DNA of 33,222 nt. Origin: a virus (taxonomy: Duplodnaviria > Caudoviricetes). Positions 26,201 to 33,210 of this stretch are shown piece after piece (the first letter of the stretch is position 1; every line of letters starts with the position of its first letter). A model generated the notes under the pieces. It was given only the letters and a program-made list of their open reading frames with translations, was not told where the DNA came from and made no database searches. The stretch spans positions 1-33,222 of the IMG/VR virus record IMGVR_UViG_3300034420_000035, one strand, 5' to 3'. The translations under genes were made by a program, and so were the position numbers.

Positions 26201-27627
26201 ACGTAAACAACCTCGCCAGCTACGCCACCAGCGTGAGCCTGTGGGCGTCGATGACCGCCACGACTGATTTGGGGGCGGGCGGCGGGGCGGTCTTCCGGGG
26301 CTACATCGAATCCGTTTTGACCTCGCGGCAAGCAGTGCTGAATGCGATCTATGCGGCGGCCAAGGCGAAGGCTGACGGGGCGCAGTCCACGGGCAACACC
26401 GCGCTCACCAACGCGGCCTATGCAAACACCTTGGCTCGTGACAACTTCAATTTGGTCAAAAACGGGAACAGCAGCAACTCGTCCGCCGATCCGTCCACCC
26501 CGGAAGGCCTCGGCCTTTACAACAGCGGGGCCGTTTCCGTCTTGGCCCCGGCTAAATGGGCGCGGCTGCTCACCGCCACAACCTCGGGCGTCCTGAATGT
26601 ATTTACAGCACTGATCCCTTGCGTGCAGGGTGATCAGTTTATGGCCCAGTGCCAAGGGACGTTTGCCACTACGACCACTGGGGGGGACCCGCGCATAGTT
26701 CTAGCCTGGTTCAACGCGGCAGGCGAGTGGTTCGCCTCTGACCCCAGCCCGGCCATCACCGCCGCCAACAGCAACTATGCCGCTCCCAGCACGATCCGGG
26801 TTTCCGGGACAGCCCCGGCGGGTGCGGTGGGCGTCAAAGTCTGCGCCTACACAGATGCCATTGGGGCGGGGACCCTGCAATATGTCGTAAATAACTTCTT
26901 CGCCTGCCGCAAGATCAGCGCCGGAATGCTGGAAGCCCTGCTGGCCATCGTCGGCACCATCCAGAGCGACAACTATGTCGCGGGCACGTCCAGCACGCCT
27001 GCCACGGGGTTCTGGCTCTCTGGCACCGCTGCGACGAAAACGGCCCTCGGCGGGGCCACGTATTCGGTCCAGTTCGAGCTGGGGACATCCGCGCTGTTCG
27101 GCGGCTACCTGGTGGGCGACATGACCAAGCGAGCCCAGCCCATCAACCGCATCCGCAACGGCAGCTTCTACCTGAACCTGGGCGAATGGACCGCCACGGG
27201 CGGCGTGGCCTACAGCGCCAGCTCGGCCACGGCGGGCACGGGCAGCGCGGCCCTGTCTGCCAGCACGGCCACCTATGACGTGACGGGGACGCTGAGCCAG
27301 TCGTTCTCCATGCCGGGGCTCTTCACGGGCCAGGTGGCCACCCTGGCACTGAAAACCGCCCTGGTGACCAACAGCAATAACGGCGATACGTGCAGCGTCA
27401 CGGCCTACCTGCTGAACCAGAGCACCGGGACGGAAACCAACCTGGGCACCTGGAGCTACGCCACGAACAACCAGACGCTGAGCTGGACCGCCCGGAGCGT
27501 GGACATCACCAGCCAGGTGAGCAGCGGGGGGGATTTCAGCCTTCGCCTGGATCTGCGTGTCAGCAACACCAACGGCATCGCCCGCACGTCCACCATCTAC
27601 GTCGATGAAATCAAGATCCAAGCCTAA
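23266..27627 (+). CDS. Lambda gpJ-like central tail fibre/host specificity protein
   Basis: WQIRVTR, LRYPN, WDGTFK.AWCNSPAW, IDKW-like LDKWSLY, EPR, FTNANV, GATSQGQA.R.AKW, PGDVV; variable C-terminal modules. Confidence 0.93.
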   Translation: MPIQVLEADAAWTGGNTGGGGTPTGGGAPTTWSDATVPETGTLQILLGEGRMEGLVSQNGIGTDCLRSVLLDNTPVQNSDGTFNFTGLAMALVAGTNTQPSIKGITGTESETSVNVQVVQATPVVRSVTSNPSAVRVRISIPALKKISTSDGKESGNVARVKIERQNAGYNGGAWQEVTLDNSGIIEGGPFSTKFTKSFRVETPATGTWQIRVTRVTADDPDAYSQSQTWWDAITEIVDARLRYPNRSIFSIRLNAKQFRSIPRVNLHMRGSILQVPANYTPASYNWVTKTWTAATYATTGPGTSGGAWDGTFKDAWCNSPAWGFFQAASNTIWGAGTFLAASGLDKWSLYTISQWCDAMVADGKGGTEPRMVCNLYMQNPQNAIKALGQLASIFWGVIYYASGLVVPVPDADTAPVALFTNANVEGGHFRYEGTARSARHTAAVASFINPDLGYAQDTAIYEDEDGIARYGYNALDIQAIGATSQGQALRLAKWTILTELMSPEVVAFASGLEGSTVKPGDVVQVADQFRAGAARMGGRIVATATTTVIPLDAPVTLGAGAYTLRCQTDTGMESRTVTTAAGTVSSLTVSPAFSSAPALGSGWLLQAGTTASLWRVLSVKKAEGIKFEVVALKHDPAKYAALGLASGDVVPRTPRTISAPAPAGLAVTSTTRILNDRQQLTLNANWTLDGAVSYIAQASRDYGPWESMTVSGASAYLDGIQPGSWRVRVCGDWRGAGTSTYATVTATVTASGTVPPWVSTAQSTANTALSTANAAVSAAATAQSTADGKIDTFWQPTPPGSASEGDLWFDTDDGNKVYRWTSGAWGAAQDSGIAAAISAASTAQGTADGKARIYYQTAQPTGLGAGDQGDLWCDTDDNYKLWAWTGSAWQLAQDWQAANAAAAAAQGTANSAASAAATAQASANAVTATVADITADDKVTAPEKMALKPHYDSIISEQAGIDAQADSFSVSRATYDTNVNNLASYATSVSLWASMTATTDLGAGGGAVFRGYIESVLTSRQAVLNAIYAAAKAKADGAQSTGNTALTNAAYANTLARDNFNLVKNGNSSNSSADPSTPEGLGLYNSGAVSVLAPAKWARLLTATTSGVLNVFTALIPCVQGDQFMAQCQGTFATTTTGGDPRIVLAWFNAAGEWFASDPSPAITAANSNYAAPSTIRVSGTAPAGAVGVKVCAYTDAIGAGTLQYVVNNFFACRKISAGMLEALLAIVGTIQSDNYVAGTSSTPATGFWLSGTAATKTALGGATYSVQFELGTSALFGGYLVGDMTKRAQPINRIRNGSFYLNLGEWTATGGVAYSASSATAGTGSAALSASTATYDVTGTLSQSFSMPGLFTGQVATLALKTALVTNSNNGDTCSVTAYLLNQSTGTETNLGTWSYATNNQTLSWTARSVDITSQVSSGGDFSLRLDLRVSNTNGIARTSTIYVDEIKIQA

Positions 27628-27636
27628 GGAGTCCCC

Positions 27637-28098
27637 ATGTCCGACCTCACCACCACCCTGGCAGTCCTCAAGGGGCAGGCTGAATCCTTGAAGCAGGCCA
27701 AGACGATCCTGGACCAGGGCTCTGCCTCCCTCGCCTCGCTCCAGGTGGCCACCTCCACACAGATCCAGGAAACCGTGGCCGCCCTCCAGGGCCTCGACAC
27801 CGTGGGCTACTATTCCAGCGTGGACCAGCTGCTACGCGCCGAGCGGTTCGCCGGGAAGGCCGCGAGCGTGGACTACATCAAGGCGAACCCGGCCTGTGCC
27901 GAGGCCGATGCCATCGCGGCGTGGGACGCGGCGGGGCTGGCGGCCACGGGCCTCCCGGTGCTGCTCCAGGACACGGCGAACCTGGCGGCGGTCTACCGCG
28001 TGAACCTCGTGGCGGGCGGCTACATCGCGGAGCCCACCTGGGAGGCGCAGCGGGCCTGGATCGTCGCCACGGACAAAACCATCATCCTGGGGGCGTGA
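27637..28098 (+). CDS. Hypothetical protein (tail-fibre associated)
   Basis: TAAGGAG SD; 153 aa with N-terminal coiled coil; follows J. Confidence 0.8.
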   Translation: MSDLTTTLAVLKGQAESLKQAKTILDQGSASLASLQVATSTQIQETVAALQGLDTVGYYSSVDQLLRAERFAGKAASVDYIKANPACAEADAIAAWDAAGLAATGLPVLLQDTANLAAVYRVNLVAGGYIAEPTWEAQRAWIVATDKTIILGA

Positions 28099-28506
28099 GT
28101 GGTCACGGGAGATCTGGTCCTATTCCGTGGCCACGGCTTCTTTGCGTGGCTCATCCGCGCTTGGACCCGCTCATCTTGGGCGCACTGTGGCGTGCTTTGG
28201 GTCTGCGAAGGCGTGCCCCTGGTCATTGAGGCCCGCGCCAAGGGCGGGGTGAGCGTCCATGCCCTGCGGAACCGGCTGGAGGACCATCCCGACATCTACG
28301 CCACGGGCCGGGCGCTCAACCTGAACCTCGCCCTGAGGCACCTGGGCGGGGACTACTCCATCAAGGACGCCATCCGGGCGGGGCTGGGGAAGCGGGGCGA
28401 TCATGCGGGCTGGGAGTGCGCGGAACTTGCCGCGATGTTGCTAGGGCTGGACCACGAGGCGGAGGGATGGACGCCGCAGGGCCTGGCTAACGCCCTGCTA
28501 ACCTAG
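28099..28506 (+). CDS. Permuted papain-like amidase (YiiX/YaeF-like NlpC/P60)
   Basis: GDLVLFRG...IR..T.S.WAHCG...IEA...CAELAA...TP: His precedes Cys, i.e. permuted order. Confidence 0.8.
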   Translation: MVTGDLVLFRGHGFFAWLIRAWTRSSWAHCGVLWVCEGVPLVIEARAKGGVSVHALRNRLEDHPDIYATGRALNLNLALRHLGGDYSIKDAIRAGLGKRGDHAGWECAELAAMLLGLDHEAEGWTPQGLANALLT

Positions 28507-28566
28507 CTGCCAGGTGCCCGCCTATGGCCTTGTGCGAGATTTGTAACGCCCAATCGGTCGAATACG

Positions 28567-28588
28567 GGCAAAAAGCAGGCAAAAAGCA
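28567..28588. repeat. Tandem 11-bp repeat, probable integrase arm-type sites
   Basis: GGCAAAAAGCA twice (28567-28577, 28578-28588), near the att core. Confidence 0.65.
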
Positions 28589-28616
28589 GCAAATCAGACC
28601 AGGGCATCGCACAACG

Positions 28617-28653
28617 AAAAACCCCCGAAACCAAGCGGTGACGGGGGTTTCTT
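28617..28653. terminator. Bidirectional terminator
   Basis: AAACCCCCG(28619-28627)/CGGGGGTTT(28642-28650) with A tract before and T tract after; between convergent late and int transcripts and just 3' of the tRNA fragment. Confidence 0.75.
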
Positions 28654-28654
28654 G

Positions 28655-28702
28655 TGGAGCCAACTACAGGATTCGAACCTGCGACCTGCTGATTACGAAT
28701 CA
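28655..28702 (-). other. attP core: 3' half of tRNA-Thr(CGT)
   Basis: Minus strand TGA-TTCGTAA-TCAGCAGGTCGCAGGTTCGAATCCTGTAGTTGGCTCCA: anticodon loop, T arm, acceptor strand, CCA; no D arm or 5' acceptor strand; 74 nt from the integrase stop. Confidence 0.9.
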
Positions 28703-28776
28703 CTGGACCATGCTTGTTTAGATTCACTATCTACGTGTGTTTGCGAATGATGCCGGAATGGCGTGTGAAGAATTTG

Positions 28777-29802
28777 TTACGCTTTCCTCCAGACCCGCGC
28801 CTGCTTCTCGGCCTTTTCTTCCAGGCTGGTTTCCCGGTAGATCATCGTGGTTCTAAGGTCCGCGTGACCCATCATCTCCTGGACCTCTTTGGGGTCAGAT
28901 CCACCGGACAGGTGGAGGGTGGCGAAGGTGGCCCGCAGCCGGTGCATCCCCATGCCTTCGATGCCGCCCCGCTTGAGCGCCTGCCTGAGCCAGCCCTGTT
29001 TGTGCTTCTTGCCACGGGTGCCGGGGAAGATCAGGCCCAGCCGTGGGATCTGCGCCGGGCCGTGTTCTTTTGCGGCGAGGTAGTGCAATAGGGCTACCCG
29101 GACCTCTTCAGGCACAGGGATGGCGCGGATCTTCTTGGATTTCGTATTGCCCTGGACGGTGTAGACATCGGTTTTCAGGTATTCCCATCGGGCGTTCAGC
29201 ACCTCGGATTCCCGCAGCCCCAACATCATGGCGAAGGTCACGGCGGCGGGGATCTGAGGGTTTCTGAACGCGTGCTTGCCCTCCCCTTTGACCTTGGCGA
29301 TGAAGTCATGGGGCAGGCGGGCCACGGGGCGCTCACGCTGCTGCACCTTCATTTGCTTGATGACGCAGGGGAGTTCCTTGATTAGCCGTTCCGCCATCGC
29401 CCATCGGAGCCACAACTTGAGGTAGCGGAGGACCAGATTGGTGCTGGCGGCAGAATGGTCCTGAAGGTGGGTGGCGGTCCAGTCATCCACCCTGGCCTGA
29501 GTGATGTGGGTCAGGGGCAGGCGCTGGAGGGGGGCCAGGGCCTCAAGGGACTGGCGGGCAGACCGGAGATGGGACGCGCTCACCCCCCTGCCTTTTGAGC
29601 CTATCCACGCCTCAGCTACACCGTGGAGGCTGGGGGCCTTCTTGATGCCGTGGCCGCCCAGCACACACTCACGCCTGACCTGCTCCAGCACCACCTTGGC
29701 TGTGGCGAGGTCCAGGCATTCGGTGGAGCCGGTGTATTCCCTGCCCCCGACCTTGAATCGGTAATGCCAGATTGACCCGCGCTTGTGAAGCCACCTCGCC
29801 AC
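28777..29802 (-). CDS. int: Tyrosine integrase
   Basis: GLRESE (R), TKSKK (K), HRLRATFAT (HxxR), MGH, TTMIY; N-terminal arm-binding-like RGSIWHYRFKVGG. Confidence 0.96.
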   Translation of the reverse strand: MARWLHKRGSIWHYRFKVGGREYTGSTECLDLATAKVVLEQVRRECVLGGHGIKKAPSLHGVAEAWIGSKGRGVSASHLRSARQSLEALAPLQRLPLTHITQARVDDWTATHLQDHSAASTNLVLRYLKLWLRWAMAERLIKELPCVIKQMKVQQRERPVARLPHDFIAKVKGEGKHAFRNPQIPAAVTFAMMLGLRESEVLNARWEYLKTDVYTVQGNTKSKKIRAIPVPEEVRVALLHYLAAKEHGPAQIPRLGLIFPGTRGKKHKQGWLRQALKRGGIEGMGMHRLRATFATLHLSGGSDPKEVQEMMGHADLRTTMIYRETSLEEKAEKQARVWRKA

Positions 29803-30044
29803 TAGCCGGTCCTCCCGAATTGCCGCTTGAGTAGTCTATCCCGCACGTCCAAGGTCAGGGGGTCCACGGCATCAGCGGCGGCCATCCATGCCAGGACGCG
29901 GGCGAGGATGAACCGGGGCTTCTTCCATCCGGGGACCGTGGGGCAGCCGGCGCGGACCCAGCCGTGGACGGTGGTAGGGCAGACGTGGATGGGATCGGGC
30001 AATTCCCCAAGCGCCTTGATGAGCTTTTGCTGGGTCAGGATCAC
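29802..30044 (-). CDS. Putative excisionase
   Basis: Small basic winged-HTH-like (TTVHGWVRAGCP...RF...VLAW) immediately upstream of int. Confidence 0.65.
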   Translation of the reverse strand: MILTQQKLIKALGELPDPIHVCPTTVHGWVRAGCPTVPGWKKPRFILARVLAWMAAADAVDPLTLDVRDRLLKRQFGRTG

Positions 30045-30253
30045 ACCACCTCCCCGTGGATCTTCGCCAGCAGCTCGGCCCGGTTCCGCTTGCGTGTCTC
30101 CACCCTCTTGGCGATCTGTTCGGGTGGGATCTTGCCGGGGCGGAATCCGGGCTTGAGTTTGACGGGGCGCGATTCGTTGGCCTCATCGTGAAAGCCGCAA
30201 AACGGGCCGTTTGGCATGGCATCGCTGTAGCATTCCCAGGCTCGGCAGATCAC
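30041..30253 (-). CDS. Small C-x4-C...C-x2-H protein with basic tail
   Basis: GTGA-coupled start with GGAGG SD; MICRAWECYSDAMPNGPFCGFH...PEQIAKRVETRKRN. Confidence 0.65.
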   Translation of the reverse strand: MICRAWECYSDAMPNGPFCGFHDEANESRPVKLKPGFRPGKIPPEQIAKRVETRKRNRAELLAKIHGEVV

Positions 30254-30426
30254 GCGGCCCTCCGCTTCGGCATGGCGCAAAGCGTGATGCAGGACGGGCC
30301 AAGATCGATGAGCAGATACCACGCGGTAAACCCCGGCTGCTGGCCTGTGATGATGAACTTGCCTTTGATCTTCTGAGCCCAGCGGTAGGCTTCGTCTGGC
30401 GTGTTGAATGAGTGCAGGGGGATCAT
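30250..30426 (-). CDS. Hypothetical 58-aa protein
   Basis: GGGAGG SD and ATGA coupling (MIPLHSFNTPDEAYRWAQK...). Confidence 0.65.
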   Translation of the reverse strand: MIPLHSFNTPDEAYRWAQKIKGKFIITGQQPGFTAWYLLIDLGPSCITLCAMPKRRAA

Positions 30427-30644
30427 GCGGCCTCCCACGTTCCGTCTTCCCGCTTCACCCATCCCATGTGACGCCGAATCATGGCGGTGGAGCGATTGTT
30501 GCGGCGAACCCTGAACTGGGCGCGGCCCCGGTAGACGCGGAAGTCTAAGTCGTGGACCAAACCACAATCGCAGCAAGCCATCTTGTAGCCCTTGTTGATG
30601 GGCTGAACCCATTCGTTGGCTTTCGGTTTTTCGTAGCTACTCAT
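30423..30644 (-). CDS. Hypothetical 73-aa protein with CCDCGLVH motif
   Basis: GGAG SD, ATGA coupling; EWVQP...YKMACCDCGLVH. Confidence 0.75.
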   Translation of the reverse strand: MSSYEKPKANEWVQPINKGYKMACCDCGLVHDLDFRVYRGRAQFRVRRNNRSTAMIRRHMGWVKREDGTWEAA

Positions 30645-31012
30645 GCGGATTCTCCGATGGCAATTAAGCGCCGTAGAAGTTTGGCTTTCTTGTCTCGCTC
30701 TGGTTCCGATGTGGGGGTGCCACATGCCCGGTAAATCTCACCGAGCTTGAGCCGAAGGAATTCAATTCGCTCTGGCATGGGCTTGTCTAGATTGCTCAGA
30801 AGCGAATTGCAGTTTTTACACGCCTGAACCTTTATGAACCGTGTCCCGGAAAAGTGCTGAACTCCCAACCTATCCACTAGATCCAACGCTGGGATATGGT
30901 CAACCGAGGTTGATTTGTCCCCGCAGTAATGGCACCTCTTGGCCGTAGGATCGGGGTATTCATACAGATGGTCATATAGCCTGAGCATCTGTTTCCGGCG
31001 ATCCGAAATCAT
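30641..31012 (-). CDS. HNH endonuclease
   Basis: CHYCG...VDHIP...VQACKNCN; AGGAGG SD; AT-richer than flanks. Confidence 0.8.
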   Translation of the reverse strand: MISDRRKQMLRLYDHLYEYPDPTAKRCHYCGDKSTSVDHIPALDLVDRLGVQHFSGTRFIKVQACKNCNSLLSNLDKPMPERIEFLRLKLGEIYRACGTPTSEPERDKKAKLLRRLIAIGESA

Positions 31013-31395
31013 GCGGCCTCCTTCACGGCCTGAAGCAGCGCCTTCTCGAAAGCCGTGAAAATATCCACGGCGCTGGGGCGGTTGAGCATCAGGGTTTCCT
31101 GGCCCGTGGCCTTCTTCCATTCCTCAAAAGCCTTGAGTTCACGGGGGGAAAGCAACGCATCCCGGCTGGAAACTTCGGACGCCTTCTGGATGGCCTCGAT
31201 CATGGCATCCCGGCCCATGGCGATAGCGGCCAAGATCGGCGCGGCGTCAGGCTCCACGCGGTAGCGGGTGATTCGGCATCCCGGCGTCGAAACAACCAGA
31301 TGCGAACCCTCAGGGAAACTGTCGCACACCAGCGAATCGTATTCGTAGATGGGCTTGTAGCGCCTGCCCTTTTTGACGTAGATGGTTTCACTCAT
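31009..31395 (-). CDS. Hypothetical protein, 128 aa
   Basis: MSETIYVKKGRRYKPI...; ATGA coupled on both sides. Confidence 0.78.
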   Translation of the reverse strand: MSETIYVKKGRRYKPIYEYDSLVCDSFPEGSHLVVSTPGCRITRYRVEPDAAPILAAIAMGRDAMIEAIQKASEVSSRDALLSPRELKAFEEWKKATGQETLMLNRPSAVDIFTAFEKALLQAVKEAA

Positions 31396-31607
31396 GCGGC
31401 CTGTCCCTTCCCGCGCTCCAGAATCTCCAGCATCAGCACCCGGCGCGTAGCGGGGCCTGTGCCTTGGTTGATGAGTTGCGTGACCCATGCCTCGGCTGCG
31501 GATCTGCGGCGGTTGCGCTCTGCGGTTTTGCGGGCCTTGGATTCGCGGAATGTGCGGCGGCGGGCTTCGATTCGTTCTGCTTCAGTGGCGTAGGGGCTGG
31601 GGTTCAT
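31392..31607 (-). CDS. Hypothetical basic protein, 71 aa
   Basis: GGAGG SD, ATGA coupling, Arg-rich helix. Confidence 0.7.
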   Translation of the reverse strand: MNPSPYATEAERIEARRRTFRESKARKTAERNRRRSAAEAWVTQLINQGTGPATRRVLMLEILERGKGQAA

Positions 31608-31870
31608 GGCTTGCCTCCACGCTGGGGGCCTTTGTCTGGGTCACGTTCTTCCCATGGAGGGACGAAGCCCACGGCCCCGGCTTCCTGGTAGGCATCGGCA
31701 AGAATCGCCATGGCGCGGTCAATCTTCTCTTTGATTGAGGGGATGGCCCCAACCAACGGATGGCCAGCAATGTGGTCCTCAATCGTGCAAATGACCACAT
31801 GCAGCCGGTCCACTACCTCGTGAACGTGTCCTTCGTCTAGGCCTTCGGGAATCCTCGGGAAGTCGCTCAT
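31604..31870 (-). CDS. Hypothetical protein, 88 aa
   Basis: AAGGAGG SD; LDEGHVHEVVDRLH...HP...AYQ. Confidence 0.75.
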   Translation of the reverse strand: MSDFPRIPEGLDEGHVHEVVDRLHVVICTIEDHIAGHPLVGAIPSIKEKIDRAMAILADAYQEAGAVGFVPPWEERDPDKGPQRGGKP

Positions 31871-32343
31871 CCCTGCGCCTCCTTGGGGGCGAGGGCGGCG
31901 CGGGCGACAACATAGACGGCTTTTCCTGTGTGGCGTCCCTGGTCCCAACCATCCAGCGATGCGTAGAATCCCAGCGCCTCCTCCAGCGTGGCGATGCGGG
32001 CGGATTGGGCGGCGATGGTCGCGTCGATGTCCTCCAGTGCGTTCGCATATCCGAAGGCGTTGGACCATTCAGGCTGGTTCCCCGTGACAAGGGCGTAGGC
32101 GTCCCCAAGGGCGTCCTCTGCTGCGTCTCGCTGGTCGATGGTCTTGAGGTGGCTGCGCTCCTGGTCCTCCAGTTCCCGCGTGAGGGCGTCCAGGGCTGCA
32201 TTCATGCGGATCAAATGAGCAAGGCCATCTGACCAGAGCAAGGCTGATTCGTGCCTACCCTGCTTGGCGCAGGTGTCTCTGGCCTTCTCAAACCAGCGTG
32301 TGACAACCTCAAGGGGCGCGGCGTGGTTCGTGGTGTCGGTCAC
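31867..32343 (-). CDS. Hypothetical coiled-coil protein, 158 aa
   Basis: GGAGG SD before GTG 32343; IDQRDAAEDAL...EWSNAFGY..ALE; RIATLEEALGFYA...ARAAL. Confidence 0.75.
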   Translation of the reverse strand: MTDTTNHAAPLEVVTRWFEKARDTCAKQGRHESALLWSDGLAHLIRMNAALDALTRELEDQERSHLKTIDQRDAAEDALGDAYALVTGNQPEWSNAFGYANALEDIDATIAAQSARIATLEEALGFYASLDGWDQGRHTGKAVYVVARAALAPKEAQG

Positions 32344-32462
32344 GGAACCTCCGGAAAATAGGCGTAGTAGGCGGCCTTGGGAATGATCAGTCGCCACAGC
32401 GCCCAATCGATGGGTATTGCGGGCAAGATCAGGTAGCAGATCCAGCCAATGATGTAGGTCAT
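32340..32462 (-). CDS. 40-aa hydrophobic peptide, not in the ORF track
   Basis: AGGAGCCCCC-ATG; MTYIIGWICYLILPAIPIDWALWRLIIPKAAYYAYFPEVP; GTGA overlap with next gene. Confidence 0.7.
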   Translation of the reverse strand: MTYIIGWICYLILPAIPIDWALWRLIIPKAAYYAYFPEVP

Positions 32463-32470
32463 GGGGGCTC

Positions 32471-32641
32471 CTACTCAACACGGGTGAAAGTTTTGTGAAC
32501 CTCGAAAACCTCAGTAGGCCCGTCAGGCGCATAGATCACGGCGTAGTGACGGGCTTCCGTAAGCGCCTGTTCACGGGGGCCAACGGTCCACGCCACGGGT
32601 TCACCATCGCAGCGGACTTCGTATTCGACTTCGTCTGTCAT
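32471..32641 (-). CDS. 56-aa acidic protein, not in the ORF track
   Basis: AGGAGCCCCC-ATG; MTDEVEYEVRCDGEPVAWTVGPREQALTEARHYAVIYAPDGPTEVFEVHKTFTRVE. Confidence 0.75.
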   Translation of the reverse strand: MTDEVEYEVRCDGEPVAWTVGPREQALTEARHYAVIYAPDGPTEVFEVHKTFTRVE

Positions 32642-32659
32642 GGGGGCTCCTGGGCAAGA

Positions 32660-32989
32660 TCAATCTTCGGCTTCGTTTTTAGAGTCGATGAAAGCCTTGA
32701 TGGCTTCCGGGTTGGTTAGGGGGTAGAAGGCCCGCAGGTCGTTCCAGCCCTCACCCTGATAGACGATCCGAGGCCAAGCCGTGGCACGGCCCTGTTCGTC
32801 ACGCTCCCACTTGCCATCGAAGATCATGGATTCGGGATACCAATGCGGCGACTCGATAGCGGCGCTGCACTCCCGATAGATCACAGACAAGGTGTAGGGC
32901 GGGATCTGTCGATGGAAAACGCTCTTGCTGATGCCCCCGGCCCTGATAGCGTCGAGGATTTCTTGGGATGGAATGAAGGGGTCGGTCAT
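32660..32989 (-). CDS. Hypothetical protein, 109 aa
   Basis: AGGAGCCCCC-ATG; same strand as the operon. Confidence 0.78.
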   Translation of the reverse strand: MTDPFIPSQEILDAIRAGGISKSVFHRQIPPYTLSVIYRECSAAIESPHWYPESMIFDGKWERDEQGRATAWPRIVYQGEGWNDLRAFYPLTNPEAIKAFIDSKNEAED

Positions 32990-32997
32990 GGGGGCTC

Positions 32998-33090
32998 CTA
33001 CGGGTTGGGGTCGCAGCTATCCACATCCCCATCCTGCGACGCAGCAATCAAAAACAGGATGAAGACAACGGCATACATATAGAGGGGCAT
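32998..33090 (-). CDS. 30-aa single-TM peptide, not in the ORF track
   Basis: AAAGGA SD; MPLYMYAVVFILFLIAASQDGDVDSCDPNP; stop overlaps the next SD. Confidence 0.55.
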   Translation of the reverse strand: MPLYMYAVVFILFLIAASQDGDVDSCDPNP

Positions 33091-33105
33091 GGTGTCCTTT
33101 CCGAT

Positions 33106-33210
33106 AAAAAACGGTCTGCCTAACCAATCCGCAGCGCCACGGTAGCGTCAGCAGTTACGTGCATTCGGGACTGATTAGACGAACTGCGTGGCGCTCTGGC
33201 GAGTACGCCA
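33106..33210 (-). ncRNA. Candidate pseudoknotted structured RNA
   Basis: Nested and crossing helices (see findings), G-U wobbles valid only on the minus strand, ending in a U6 tract; no family recognised. Confidence 0.5.

Larger units (their letters stand above)
32457..33001 (-). repeat. Three identical start-associated repeats AGGAGCCCCCATGAC
   Basis: Plus strand GTCATGGGGGCTCCT at 32458-32472, 32637-32651 and 32985-32999. Confidence 0.9.

Noticed and set aside
25540-27627. Diversity-generating retroelement or invertible fibre cassette
   Set aside because: No reverse transcriptase or invertase gene, and no adenine-specific repeat pair seen; repeats are diverged protein-level duplications.
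28503-28727. ORFs 28503-28727 (-) and 28524-28721 (+)
   Set aside because: Overlap the att core, terminator and arm repeats; translation of tRNA-like sequence.
28655-28730. Complete tRNA-Thr gene
   Set aside because: No D arm or 5' acceptor strand; anticodon stem pairing breaks after 3 bp, so it is an att fragment.
32547-32562. Extra operator-like TGACGG-GCTT-CCGTAA
   Set aside because: Spacer is one base longer than the other sites and it lies inside a CDS with no promoter nearby.
32457-33001. CRISPR mini-array reading of the 15-bp repeats
   Set aside because: Repeats are short, spacing is uneven (179 and 348 bp) and the intervals are ORFs; no cas genes.
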